From contig OZ024742.1 of the NCBI GenBank assembly GCA_964016885.1, forward strand, positions 76,012,001 to 76,076,000: 64,000 bases of DNA, given 5' to 3'. Numbering within the stretch: the stretch's first letter is position 1; the number at the start of each line of letters is the position of its first letter. This stretch comes from Eledone cirrhosa. Lineage: Eukaryota. Made by a program: the position numbers and the translations under genes. This document shows positions 38,601-50,100 of the stretch, one piece after another. The notes under the pieces were generated by a model. The model was not told where the DNA came from and made no database searches. It saw only the letters and a list, made by a program, of their open reading frames with translations.

Positions 38601-41550
38601 GGTCCGTGTAGCTGACTATCTTGAATTGTGGACAGCCTATGCTAGACCTATCTATTTCCCTACAAAATACTCTATCTAGATATGATCTGGATGACCCTAT
38701 GCGGTTTGTCCAAGTCCACATTGGCACATTCGGGAAATCCAATCGGTACCTGTCAGACAGTTCAAAACGCCTGAGCAGGTTGGCGAGGCTCTTGCACCCT
38801 CCACCCCTATCCGCTAATCCCACACAGTCCCATCGTGCATCTAAGATCCCGCTCCAGTCGCCCACTAACACTAAAGAGCGGGACGTTCCAAGAAAGGTCT
38901 CCAGACCCCGGAAGAAATCAGGCCGCCCTGCTCCTGTCGGGGCATAGACGGCCACTAGACTGAAAGCTTGCCCGTCTCCGCTGGTCACGTCCAGCACCAC
39001 CAGCTTACCCTCTGGGTCCAGGAAGATGGCCCGTATGGCGAGATCCAAACCTCTCCGAAAAAGCACAGCAACTCCTCCACCGGATCCAGGACGGCTGGGA
39101 GATGCGTACACATCGTAGCCGCCGAAGATCGGTGCGAAGGCCCGTGCTTCGGAGATTCTGGTCTCGCTGATGGCCACTACATCTATGTTTAGTGACCTGA
39201 GGTCGTTGAGCAGGTGACCCTGCTTCCATGACGACCCCAAGCCACGCGCATTTATGCTGCCTATTCTGAGTGAGGTCATGTTTAAAATAGAGTGGAAAAG
39301 ATGGGAAAGACCACTTACGGTTTTTACATCCCTTCTCACTTGATCGTCTGGTGAAGGGACCGTTGAATCGTCCCTTCGGCTGGTCGTCGTCTCTTCTAAG
39401 AGAATGTCTGAGTATACTCTTCGATTGATGGTTCCTCCTAGGTCCCTGAAATCACCAACTGCGTTGGGGAATTTCGTTTTAATGTTTGTGTATTGTTTCT
39501 GTGCTATTTTTAGCAGTCTTATGTTAGTTGGCATTTTGATTGGTGCTGGTATTATGTAGTCCTGTTGTGAAATGTCTGTGTGTTCAATTATGTAAGTCAT
39601 TAGTTTCTTGTTGTGTGTATTTATTGCCGTGCATTTGTTTTTCTGGGGGTGGGGTGTGGTTCTGCTATTTTCTTGTCGTTGTTGCTGGGTGTGTGTGTTT
39701 TGTTTTTGTGTTTGCGATGTTGGTGCTTGTGGTGGTGGTGTTGAAGGTGTTGTTGGCGGTGGGGTTGTCGCCGGTGGTGATGGTGGTGCTAGTGTGGGTG
39801 GTGATGGTGTTGGTGTTGTTGCTGCTGTGGGTCTCTTTGCAGTAGACTTTACCCTTTTCTCATTTCTTTCCTCCCTTTTCAAAGGCGACGATGCGCTGCT
39901 TCTGCGTTTGTGCCTTCTTACGACCTTTTGCCATCCCTCTCCCACCTCACACTCCATGTCTGATTCTGTGAGGTCGGGGAGGGGTACCAGCTCCACTCTT
40001 TCACTTGTTGTTGTTGGTGATGTTTGCACTGGAGTCTCTGTTGCAGCTGCATTTGGTATTGCTGTTGTTGTTGTTAATATTTCCACTGCTGCTGCTGTTT
40101 TTGATTTCCGTGGTGTGGGTATGGGTGCCACGGGCCTATCGTTCCTGGTTGCCGCTTGTCCTGTTGCTGGTAGCCGTGGAGCCGGATTCGGAAGGAGGGG
40201 GGTTTTCTCCTTTCTCAGGGTCTTCTCGTTGCAGAAGGCCCTGAGGTGAGTCTTCGATCCACAGCGAAAGCATTTCGGGCGTTTGCCCTCAACACTTATG
40301 GGCAGTTGAGTGCCGTTATCGAAGTCTATCACATCCGGGATAGCTTCGATGCACTCCTGGTTGGTTTGGATTAGCATCTCAATGGAGGAGCCGACCCAAT
40401 CTTCTCTTACTTTTTTCTGTACTTGCAGTACAGTTGTTTTGTCCTTGATTCCGACGAGGACAGACGCGGCCAGCCAAGAAGGGGTCATTCCGGGGGGGAC
40501 GTGGGTCAGTTTGACCCTCACAATTTTTTGCCCGCAGTAGGAGGGCACCAACACCATTTCCTCGCTCCTTAGGGTCACTACTGATTGGGCCTTTGCCTCC
40601 TGGGGTGTGGCAAAAAGTACGTCTACGGTGGCATATTTTTTGCCTCGGGTGATGTGCGTTTTCCGCTGCCACACAGACCCCAAGGCTTTTTGTATTTGGG
40701 CCTCTGTGGCTCTTTCCACTCTACGGGATTTTGTACTTACTGTACGGTACGTGACCGTACAGTGCTCTTGGGTTTCGAAAAATTTTTCCGCTGCCTTGCA
40801 GATTGCTCGGTGTCCGTTCTTTGTCACCATCTTCTTCGCTTCCTCTAATTCCTCATTTGTTATGAGGATTGTTTCCAAGTTTTTCACAATACCTGCAAAT
40901 GAGATTGTTTTTTCTCTGCTGTTGTTGTCGTCAGAGCTGCTGGTACTTTTGTTGTTGCTGCAGGTACTACGACTACTGCCTCCGCCGCTGTTGCTGTGGT
41001 TGTTGTTGGTGTTGCTGCTGCTAATGCTGTTGTTGTTTATGCTGCTGGTGATGCTGTTGCGGCTGCTACTGTTGTTTTCATTGTCACTGTTGCTGTTGTT
41101 ATTACGGCTGCTACTGCTATTATTCCTGACGTCAGACGAATGAACTGGGTTTTCGTATTTCCCGCACACCTGTTTCGTCGCTGTCGTCGTCGTCGTGGAG
41201 AAACCTTGCACGCTTTGCACGAGACTTTTCTTTTCTTTCGTCACTTGCGAAAGAGAAGGGAGGGAGAGAGACACATTTAAAGAAGGGAGGGAGAGAGACA
41301 ATCTTCTCTCTGCTGTAGTGATGATTGAGGAAGAAGAAGACGGAATGAGTGGGAGTGACGTATGAAATTTCTTTTTCGTAGCCATGTTGTTTTTTGTTTA
41401 AAATGAAATGTTGGATACAAAACCCCAATAACTGGTTATTTAACCCCGAAGGGCCAAATAACGGACAGAAAGACCCCTCTCACGAGGAGGAGGGTGTCTT
41501 TATCAACAATTTGGTTCAAGTTTTAAACAATTTACAATTGTTTTAACGGT
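35643..41550 (-). mobile_element. L1/Tx1-type non-LTR retrotransposon copy B
   Basis: Same ORF2 and 3'UTR as A and C, different ORF1 and 5'UTR; 3' end AATAAAGAAATC(ATT)n. Confidence 0.95.
35887..41385 (-). CDS. 1832-aa retrotransposon polyprotein: ORF1-like Gag (CCHC knuckle) fused to APE endonuclease, RT and C-terminal zinc finger
   Basis: CFRCGSKTHLRAFC; SINARGL, AISET, VYAP, GDW, LDRVF, TDH (APE); SPGLDG, LDQSKAFDRV, RQGCPLS, YADD (37216-37227); CPRC..ETVLHALVQC. Confidence 0.9.
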   Translation of the reverse strand: MATKKKFHTSLPLIPSSSSSIITTAERRLSLSLPSLNVSLSLPSLSQVTKEKKSLVQSVQGFSTTTTTATKQVCGKYENPVHSSDVRNNSSSSRNNNSNSDNENNSSSRNSITSSINNNSISSSNTNNNHSNSGGGSSRSTCSNNKSTSSSDDNNSREKTISFAGIVKNLETILITNEELEEAKKMVTKNGHRAICKAAEKFFETQEHCTVTYRTVSTKSRRVERATEAQIQKALGSVWQRKTHITRGKKYATVDVLFATPQEAKAQSVVTLRSEEMVLVPSYCGQKIVRVKLTHVPPGMTPSWLAASVLVGIKDKTTVLQVQKKVREDWVGSSIEMLIQTNQECIEAIPDVIDFDNGTQLPISVEGKRPKCFRCGSKTHLRAFCNEKTLRKEKTPLLPNPAPRLPATGQAATRNDRPVAPIPTPRKSKTAAAVEILTTTTAIPNAAATETPVQTSPTTTSERVELVPLPDLTESDMECEVGEGWQKVVRRHKRRSSASSPLKREERNEKRVKSTAKRPTAATTPTPSPPTLAPPSPPATTPPPTTPSTPPPQAPTSQTQKQNTHTQQQRQENSRTTPHPQKNKCTAINTHNKKLMTYIIEHTDISQQDYIIPAPIKMPTNIRLLKIAQKQYTNIKTKFPNAVGDFRDLGGTINRRVYSDILLEETTTSRRDDSTVPSPDDQVRRDVKTVSGLSHLFHSILNMTSLRIGSINARGLGSSWKQGHLLNDLRSLNIDVVAISETRISEARAFAPIFGGYDVYASPSRPGSGGGVAVLFRRGLDLAIRAIFLDPEGKLVVLDVTSGDGQAFSLVAVYAPTGAGRPDFFRGLETFLGTSRSLVLVGDWSGILDARWDCVGLADRGGGCKSLANLLRRFELSDRYRLDFPNVPMWTWTNRIGSSRSYLDRVFCREIDRSSIGCPQFKIVSYTDHKFVICVLDLDRLHRRRPGYWKLNASLPARKAYRDRISELVKRALTGAIVNNKWWFALKRAIRIESIRFSKALAIEKNRAEGELVRKLDEALSKGIATDVLAAKLALDQFFNAKHEGCVVRARVRALRHEGTKAVQWARVVEARRGNVATIRSLVDHDGRMLLDPGQMCEAFHRHFAQLFGGSGGPGRGMDFSVYLDGLPRLSATEAKCCEKPITAAEVREAMTGCTRGTSPGLDGLPYELYVQMPDLFGGLLANVYCNWQQNGRIPSSVSRGAVALLRKNPNKGDNIENFRPKTLLNTEFKILAKVLAKRLALVVGGLVGEAQTCAIPDRSIHDNLHLMRYIVERVAREPGTGGSLINLDQSKAFDRVDHRYLAAVLRAAGFGPVFRGWIAAMHSDICSVVRVNGHLSEPFNIMRSVRQGCPLSSLLYVLTLEPLLHKLETLRGVPRELGCARSVSAYADDVTVVVSNAKHIEAIGTTLREYEAVTGAMINQEKSVGLHLGTWRGRSMPSNSVVGRWTDGPVKLLGVWYGPDLQTDKNWDEVTSRVASVTQKWAERKLSLKGRAEVAKAYIASVICYRLTVVPCPKPGLTVLERLLFRFLWKGRAPMVRRSICCQHPLRGGLGMPWLMMRRHALRLRQVWSPFARRVFPQLVSLTELQSWVKRRPRGSAWRLECLQALTALDQSGNVIGGNSTSAFYRGLVEGKSDDVLGETLGVDENQLANLFGRTFGPGPMDNFQKSLPWQCYRGALPVRDKLYRHGGAVSRACPRCAQGDETVLHALVQCPKIADLWVYVEQLLSRLGRIRLSSESIVRIAPPSSFSREGQAVFICLVAMAKEIVWWTRLKGLKTSTYLFGDALIDFFKFHLKRKIRVEREVLSSQHFVERWVREARMARVNGPTLSIYL

Positions 41551-41832
41551 TAAAAGTGGGAGGTAAAAAGGATTTGGAACTGCCATGAAATCAAAGTGAT
41601 CCCGATTGTCATAGGCTCACTAGGGACTATCTTAAAAAGTTTCCAGGGATGGTTAAAGAAAATTGGCCCCTTCACGCTTTTTGGAACGCTTCAAAAGGCA
41701 TGCTTGCTGGGAACAGCAAGAACCTCCGATACGTCCTGAATGTCTGAGGCTGCAGGTAGTGGCTTGATTTTCATCTCAACAAACTTTCCAGTTAACTAAC
41801 ATCAATGACTGAGACTCAAAGAGTAATAACAA

Positions 41833-41905
<73 letters not shown>
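41550..41905 (+). mobile_element. 5'-truncated R4/Dong 3' end plus (AAT)n tail
   Basis: ~280 bp highly similar to 35338-35615 with scattered mismatches. Confidence 0.85.
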
Positions 41906-41924
41906 TGTTTCTACTTTTGGCAGG

Positions 41925-42393
41925 GAATGGAAGGCGAAATCCTTAGATATTAGATTCCCAGAACTACGTTCTACGAATCATATCGATTAGCATGGCTTTG
42001 TATCCTGGCTCAGAAGCTGTGGTTTGAAAGCGGAGACTGAGTTTCTCTTAGTTGCTCCACTAGACCAATCACTAAACACTAGGTCCTATAGACGCAGAAT
42101 AGCCTCTGTCAAGTGGTATGTACAAAAAACAGCCATGGAAAATGGCAACATATCCTATCTTGTGGGATATGCCTGTGATAACTGACCGAGAAATCGTTGC
42201 CAACATAACAAACCCCAGATCAGACATGTAGCCTTATAGATGTTTCCGTACAAGCTGTATTATGAGCAGCACACATTCTCCAACGAGTTCTCTCTTTACA
42301 ATGAAAACCTGTATTATCCTAGGTTCAAGACCTGAACCCGGTAGTAGAGAAAAAGAACAGATCTAAATGGAATAAGACAATAATAATAATAAT
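41925..42393 (+). pseudogene. highly decayed R4/Dong-type remnant
   Basis: GLKAETEFLLVAPLDQSLNTR and ILWDMPVITDREIVAN peptides; ends in (AAT)n. Confidence 0.55.
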
Positions 42394-42960
42394 TCTTTCT
42401 TTAGTGGCCACAAGCAACTACACGCGAAGGAAAGTAAAAAAACGACTATGACAGTTGGGGTTTACAATAAAATCGAGTAAAAAGCGAAGATAACAAAGGA
42501 AATGTAACAATAAGATTCTCGAATAAGGAGAGGACTAGTCAGGTACTAGGCCAATCCTGAAACACCCGTCTCTTCAGGAATAAAGTTTCCACTAAGAGTA
42601 ATCATTTGATGTATTCATTCGAAATATTTAAGCTGGTAGAAAGCCTAGATATTTTGATCTGCTGGGGTATGTGCTGAACGTTTTTAGTAGTCTCCATTTT
42701 GTTGTATTCTGAACGGAATTGTTTTATAGTCCCAATACAGATGTCTGAGGTACCAAACACGTAACATTTCTGCGTAAATCTCTCTTGTCCCATACTCCAT
42801 ATATATTTCTGTCCACTGTTTGACTGATTTCCTTATCTCTAACTGTCTAACTTCATCTCCAGATATTATAAGCTTTATGCTCACAAGCTTGTGTCAAGAG
42901 CATTCGTACTTTTTCCTGCAAGAACACCCCTCTTCTTCTCTAGGTATATGTTTTACAGTT
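42394..42960 (-). mobile_element. possible decayed 3' end of another L1/Tx1-like element
   Basis: Begins right after (AAT)n with TTTCTTTAGTGGCCACAAG, resembling the TTTCTTTATTAACCACAAG terminus of A/B/C; coding similarity is weak. Confidence 0.35.
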
Positions 42961-43031
42961 ATTATTATATGTTATTATTAAGGGCGTATACAGTTATTAT
43001 TAAGGGTATATGTTTTACAGTTCTCAAGGAA

Positions 43032-43256
43032 GGGCGGTGGATTGGCAGTATCTGTAGAGCGTCGGACACCATGCTTTGCTGAGTTGAATTACAGCCCTTT
43101 CTGATCTTATATTCAAATTCCGCCGAGGTTAGCTTTGCCTTTCATCCTTACGGGGTCGATAAAATAAAGCACCAGTAATGCACTAGGGTCGATTGAATCG
43201 ACTTTCCCCTTCCCCCAAATTGCTAGCCTTGTGCCTATTGTAGAAATCATTATTAA
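43032..43256 (+). mobile_element. family 1 SINE (long form)
   Basis: GGCGGTGGATTGGCAGTATC...GCCTTTCATCCTTACGGGGTCGATAAAATAAAG...AGAAATCATTATT. Confidence 0.9.
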
Positions 43257-44282
43257 CATCATGGAAGTTCCACATGAATACTTGACCTTAACGCTGTATA
43301 CTTTGTGTTATGTGGAACGTTTCTCTATTAATTTTAAGAATTTGTTCACTATTGTTTGGAGCAAAAATGACAACCTTAATTTTCTACTATATATCAATGT
43401 CTGTTTCTTATTTCCGGTTTTCATTTCCATTTGTGGGTGCAACGCAAAATATTTTGTTTCCTTCACTTATTTTCTTAAATTGTTCTTTAGGGAGATAATT
43501 TCTAATATATATAGAAATTACAGGTGATTACACACTCGCGTTTTTGATTGGCCATTAATTCTAATTGATCTCGTTTAATCAATAATTCAATTCGTGTTGT
43601 ACTCTTTACGTTAACAGTTTTTGAATCTTTCTTTCTCACTGCGTTGTAAGTTACAATGTATTTTCCAATATCTGATTATTTTCAAACATTGACGCCGAAA
43701 AAGAATACATCATGAAGTGAATACAAATCACTTTCGTTACATTATGTGGATTCGTAGGTGGCAGCAATTAGTGCGTGAATGGGGTTCGATCTCGTATCGG
43801 CTGAGAACAAAATAGTCCGCATCAATATATTGAAGTCCATTTGAGTATACACATCAAAGAGTGTCGGCTGGTTGTCTAGATGTAAATTTCATGTGTTTAT
43901 CTATTGCATGTGTTCTACATCTAGATATGTTTATATATGAACTATTCGTATGAATAGTTAGTACTGGTGATTTAAGATGTATTTTATGAACGTTAACTAT
44001 TACTTATATCATTCATCTTAGGAAGATATATGCGTCTCCTTAAATCAGTATATTGATTTTCAAGCATGTTAAGAATATATTTTCTGAAGATGTAAAACCA
44101 GGGAATATTTGCAAATTATGAGACATTTGATTTCCAATAAGATAAACAGCAGCATAATTTATATGTGTCATTTTGCAAAAGGATATCTAGATATCTAGAT
44201 TTACTTCTACTCACTTATCTACTCATCTATCTATGTATCTATCTGTCTATCTCTCTCTGCCACGCCCCCTCGCTCTGTATGT

Positions 44283-44507
<225 letters not shown>

Positions 44508-44511
44508 AACC

Positions 44512-44548
44512 GAGCTGATGATGCGACTAAGGTGAAACAATTGTTCTC
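44512..44548 (+). ncRNA. minimal type I hammerhead-like motif directly after (TA)n
   Basis: GAG-CTGATGA-(12 nt)-GAAAC-AATT-GTT-CTC: palindromic stem III ACAATTGT, stem I GAG/CTC; stem II is weak. Confidence 0.5.
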
Positions 44549-45433
44549 TGAAATGGTGAACTGTCGTGGAGCTACTGCCAAAGTCGTACCATGGACTGAG
44601 TTCTCTACTGCTACGGTTATAAACCACAGTGTTCTACTAATATATATATTGGAGATTAGGAGTTTATTTGCTTTTACGTATGTTTCGGTGACTATTATAT
44701 GTGTCTACATATGCTACTAGAATGAATATTGTTCAATCATATGCAATACTCAGTTATTTATCACACTTCATCAGAAAGCCTATAATTGTGGAAGTGACTT
44801 TTCACTACGCGGTAGAATTCAGGAATGGCATTTTCGTTTAAGAAAATATAAATATGTAAAAGGACAATAAAAATAGAATATATATATATATATATAATGT
44901 ATTATATAAAATTTATTTCTACAAGGGAAAAGGCTGCTTCATTCGCATGAAATCAGAGGGGATTTTGATGATTTTATAGTAATGAAGCAGTTCTAGTCTT
45001 GTAGAAGATATTTCTATATAAAATAAAGGTGCCTATGAATTACTAATATATTGAGTACATTTTCCTAACTGTTGATTCCTGAAAACCACCGATGTTAACA
45101 AACTGAATTCATTTGAGACAACATGTTACAACTGGACACTGTGCATCAGCTAGATGGACAACAAACCTAACGAATATGTCAAGGCGGCGACGGGACAATA
45201 AATAGATGAAAGCTACAATATTTTAATCATGCCAATAACATCAGCACACGCAGCCTCGATGAACATATCAATAGCAGATGATCGACAGGAAATCCAAGAA
45301 GATGTTGCAATGATCACATCAGGTAATGGGGGTAAGGAGCCTGAATGAATGCACGCTCGAGTTGAATGAGAGAGCATATAGAGGGCAGTGCTGTAATTGT
45401 CCATTGTTGTTAACTGTCAGTAATGAAGGTGGG

Positions 45434-45680
45434 AGAAGAAGAAGAAGAAGAAGAAGAAGAAGAAGAAGAAGAAGAAGAAGAAGAAGAAGAAGAAGAAGAA
45501 GAAGAAGAAGAAGAAGAAGAAGAAGCAGAAGAAGAAGAAGAAGAAGAAGAAGAAGAAGAAGAAGCAGAAGAAGAAGAAGAAGAAGAAGAAGAAGAAGAAG
45601 AAGAAGAAGAAGAAGAAGAAGATGATGATGAAAAAGAAAAAAGAAGAAGAATATGAAGAAGAAGAAGAAGAAGAAGAAGA
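45434..45680. repeat. (GAA)n microsatellite
   Basis: direct reading. Confidence 0.95.
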
Positions 45681-47190
45681 ACGATTAAGATTGACATTTT
45701 TATTTGATGCAAGACAATAAACCACGCCTGTTCACACTGTTATAGCCAAAAGCAACCACAAATACTCCAAGCCCATACACACATGATAGATAAACTAGGG
45801 GAATTTTAGAATACTATAAACCTTGTAAATTCAAATATTCAATTAACAATGGAATTTAGATATATATTCTGCTATCTTAGAGATTAATATTAAATAATAG
45901 ATGAATAGATTGAAAGGGGTCTCTCCTGTAAACTTGCCACCTCTAATTAATAAGTAATATGGAAATCCCACCATCCTAAACTTATAGGAACAGGCATTTT
46001 ATTTTTACATTCGCAAAAATAATATGTACAATCATGTTCAATCTTACAACAAGAAATTAAACATTTGTAGCAATATAAAATATTTTATTCCTCCGAAAAT
46101 TTCCCTACGGTGTATGAAAAAGTGAAATAGAAAGAACCGAAAGTATAATTATAAAGAGTAACGTACGACAAAAGTAAACCGAAATAAACGCAACTCTATA
46201 CATATCAACAAACTACCCGAAGAGCATTTAAATGCATAAATCATAAAAATAATATTTAATTTAACAATGAATAATATATTGAGGTTTCACCAAATTGTAT
46301 TAAGCAAACGGCAAATAAAAATTTGAAAATATATAATCACAAAGATTTTCCCAAATCCAGGAGAAACAAAGCGTAGAAAACCTCATTGCGCAATTTGTAA
46401 ATATATGGGGAAAAGCTAGGAATTCAGATACTAAGATGGACAAACTTGAAATTGAACCTATTTTCACGTGTATATTTGGAAATACTTTCTATGGTTTAAC
46501 ATTCTGTAGCACTACTGCAAATTGCAACGTATTATCTGTAATTATTTACGGCAACGGATGACTATTGAATGTCCAATGCCAAGAATACATAGACATATTC
46601 CACTGAATTGGTATATTTTCCAGCTACTGAAATGTTAACAACTTATTTTGGAAATGACATTACGAAACAACATAATTATCATGAAGAAATTGCTATTTAA
46701 CAAATAAAATTCTCGCTGAATTGTTTAGTTATAAAATATTTTCTGGAAAAACTTAATTCATCACATACTATTTCTACTGCTAGGATCTTTACAATTCTTC
46801 TTCATTACAGTGTCGTGAGGGCAGAATTCTAGAGCAATCATTCCAGCGGCCCCTATCGAAAGCAACTGTCTCCAATTGATCTTGTTGGATGCTCAAGAGA
46901 GACCTGCTGAGGATCTGGATGTTATCCAAACATCTTGTACAGGACCCCGGGACTCCGGGCGATGTTTCAAGCAAAAATGTTAGTGTTCAGAGAACAACCT
47001 GTAAGTTGGTGATAAACTCTAATTGATACTTATTATAACCATAAACTAAATGATATTAGATATATTACCATCTGCTCCGTTGAAATTCACCTCTCATTCA
47101 CCCAAGACTTGAACCTAATAACACTAATCGTTCTCGTATCACAGGGTTTGTCATTAATAATAATAATAATAATGATAATAATAATAATAA

Positions 47191-50100
47191 CACTTTCTTT
47201 ATTAACCACAAGGGTTTACATAAAGTAGACATTAAGGACAGAACAGGACAATACAGGACGGTACAAAAGGTCATTTCTGCGTGTAAAAAAAGAAGAAAAA
47301 AAAGGATGTAATAATAGAACAATGAAAAAATTCCCCATAGGGGGGATACTTCTGAGGGACATTCGTTGAGAAAGCCCATTAAAAAGCCACAATGACCCTG
47401 ACCAACAGGGCGAGTGCCCTCTCCCAGTTTTTCACCTTTAATTTACAGACACATACTCAGAGTAGGCCCATTCACTCGGGCCATTCTTGCTTCTCTCACC
47501 CATCTTTCAACAAAATGATGGGAAGAGAGCACTTCCCTCCATACCCTGATTTTCCTTTTCAAATGAAATTTGAAAAAGTTAATCAGGGCATCACCGAAGA
47601 GGTAAGTGCTCGTCTTCAGCCCTTTCAAACGTGTCCACCATACTATCTCTTTCGCCATGGCCACCAGACAGATAAAAATTGCCTACCATTCCCGGCTAAA
47701 GGAAGTGGGCGGGGCAATCCTCACGATGGACTCAGCAGATAGCCGGATCCGTCATACACGCGACAGCAGGTGTTCGACATAAACCAACAAGTTAGCAAGG
47801 CTCGGACATTGGACGAGTGCGTGCAGGACGGTTTCGTCGCCCTGCGCGCATCTCGGGCATGCCCAGCTAACGGCACCTCCATGCATGTAGAGTTTATCCT
47901 GAACTGGCAAAGCTCCTTGGTAGCACTGCCAGGCCAGGGATTTTGGAAGTTGTCCATAGGCCCCGGCCCGAAAGTTCTTCCGAAGAGATTGGCTAGTTGA
48001 TTTTCGTCGACGCCTAGAGTTTCCCCAAGTACGTCGTGGCTCTTCCCCTCCACTAATCCTCTATAGAACGCCAAGGTGGAGTTTCCACCGATCACATTGC
48101 CCGATTGGTCGAGGGCTGTGAGCGCCTGATGATATTCCAGTCTCCAAGCGGCCCCTCGCGGTCTTCGCTTGACCCAAGATTGCAGCTCCGTCAAGGAGAC
48201 GAGCTGGGGAAAGACGCGTCTAGCAAACGGCGACTACACCTGAGCACCGTCGAGGAAGAGGTGGAGATGTCGTAGCCTGAGCGCGTGTCTACGCATCATC
48301 AGCCACGGAATGCCCAGCCCTACACGTAGCGGGGGTTGACAACAGATGGACCGCCAGACCATCGGAGCGCGTCCCTTCCACATAAAGCGAAAGAGCAAAC
48401 GCTCCAGCGCAGTCAGGCGGGGCTTAGGACAAGGTACGGCGGTCAGGCGGTAGTAGATGACGGACGCGATGTACGCGTTAGCCACCTCCGCTCGACCTTT
48501 CAGGAATAGCTTCCTCTCCGCCCATTTCTGGGTGAGAGAAGCCAACCTGCTCGTCACCTCGTCCCAGGTTTTGTCCGTCTGGAGGTCCGGAGCGAACCAG
48601 CAATTTAACCGGTCCGTCCGTCTTGCGCCCGACGACGCTGTTGGACAGCATGGACCTGCCTCTCCAGGTGCCGAGCTGCATGTGCACAGACTTTTCCTGG
48701 TTAATCATTGTTCCTGTCACCGCTTAGTATCTTAGTGTAGTGCCGATCGCCTCGATGTGTTTGGCGTTCGACACCACTACGGTGACATCGTCCGCATATG
48801 CTGACACGGATCTTCCTCATCCTATTTGGCGCGGGACCCCCTCAACTTCTCCAGTTTGTGCAGTAATGGCTCGAGAGTCAATACGTACAAGAGGGACGAG
48901 AGGGGACATCCTTGGCGCACCGAGCGCATGATGTTGAACGGTTCCAAAAGGTGACCGTTCACTCTCATCACAGAGCAGATGTCGCTGTGCATGCAGCGAT
49001 CCAGCATCTGAAGACGGGCCCAAAGCAGGCCGCCCTCAGGACTGCCGCTAGGTAACGATAGTCGACCCTATCGAAAGCTTTCGACTGATCTAAATTGATC
49101 AAGGACCCACCCGTGCCAGGTTCCCTAGCTATACTCTCTACGATGTATCGCATGAGGTGGAGGTTGTCGTGGATGGATCTGTCGGGAATGGCGCACGTCT
49201 GCGCCTCTCCCACCAGACCACCAACGACAAGCGCCAACCTCTTTGCTAGCACCTTGGCCAAAATCTTGAACTCTGAGTTTAGCAGAGTTATGGGCCTGAA
49301 ATTATCTATGTTATCCCCCTTGTTCGGATCCTTTCTCAGCTCCTCGACTCACAGAGCTGGGAATTCTCCCGTTCTGTTGCCAGTTGCAGTAGACGTCCGC
49401 CAAGAGTCCTCCGAACAAGTCTGGCATCTGTACGTAAAGGTCATAGGGCACACCATCCAAACCAGGCCTTTTACCCCGTGTGCAGCCAGTCATTGCCTCC
49501 CGTACTTCAGCGGCTGTTATGAGCTTTTCGCAACAATCCGCCTCAGTGGCCGAGAGCCGCGGCAGTCCGTCGAGGTAGACACTAAAGTCCACCAAAGACC
49601 GGATCGTGGCTTTGTTTCCACGACGCGCCTCCGCCACTCGGGCCCATTGAACGGCTTTCGTCCCCTCGTGTCTGAGAGCAGGCACCTTACCTCTGTCAAC
49701 GCAGCCTTCGTGCTTTGTATTGAAGAATTAGTCGAGGGCCAATTTCGCTCAAGTTCGTCGGTCGCGATTCCTTTGCTAAGCGCCTCGTCTAATTTCCTAA
49801 CTAATTCTACCTCTACTCTATTTTTCTCTATTGCTAAAGCCTTACTAAACCTAATGGACTCTATTCTAATTGCTTTTTTCAGAGCCAACCACCAGTCGTT
49901 GTTGACGATGGCCTCTGTCAATGCCCGCTTAACTAGTTCGCTAATCCGGTCTCTGTAGGCCTTGCGCGCTGGTAAGGACGCGATTAGCTTCCAGTAGCCG
50001 GGTCTTCGTCTATCAAGCCTATCTAAGTCAAGCACACAGATCACGAATTTGTGGTCCGTGTAGCTGACTATCTTGAATTGCGGACAGCCTATGCTAGACC

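Noticed and set aside
39608-41143. Long plus-strand ORFs (213 aa, 178 aa) opposite copy B
   Set aside because: Antisense shadows of low-complexity Pro/Thr/Asn/Ser-rich ORF1 codons
45326-45725. Poly-R/E/S/F ORFs
   Set aside because: (GAA)n microsatellite
45740-46760. A-rich stretch resembling a decayed LINE ORF2 C-terminus
   Set aside because: Too degraded to assign by eye
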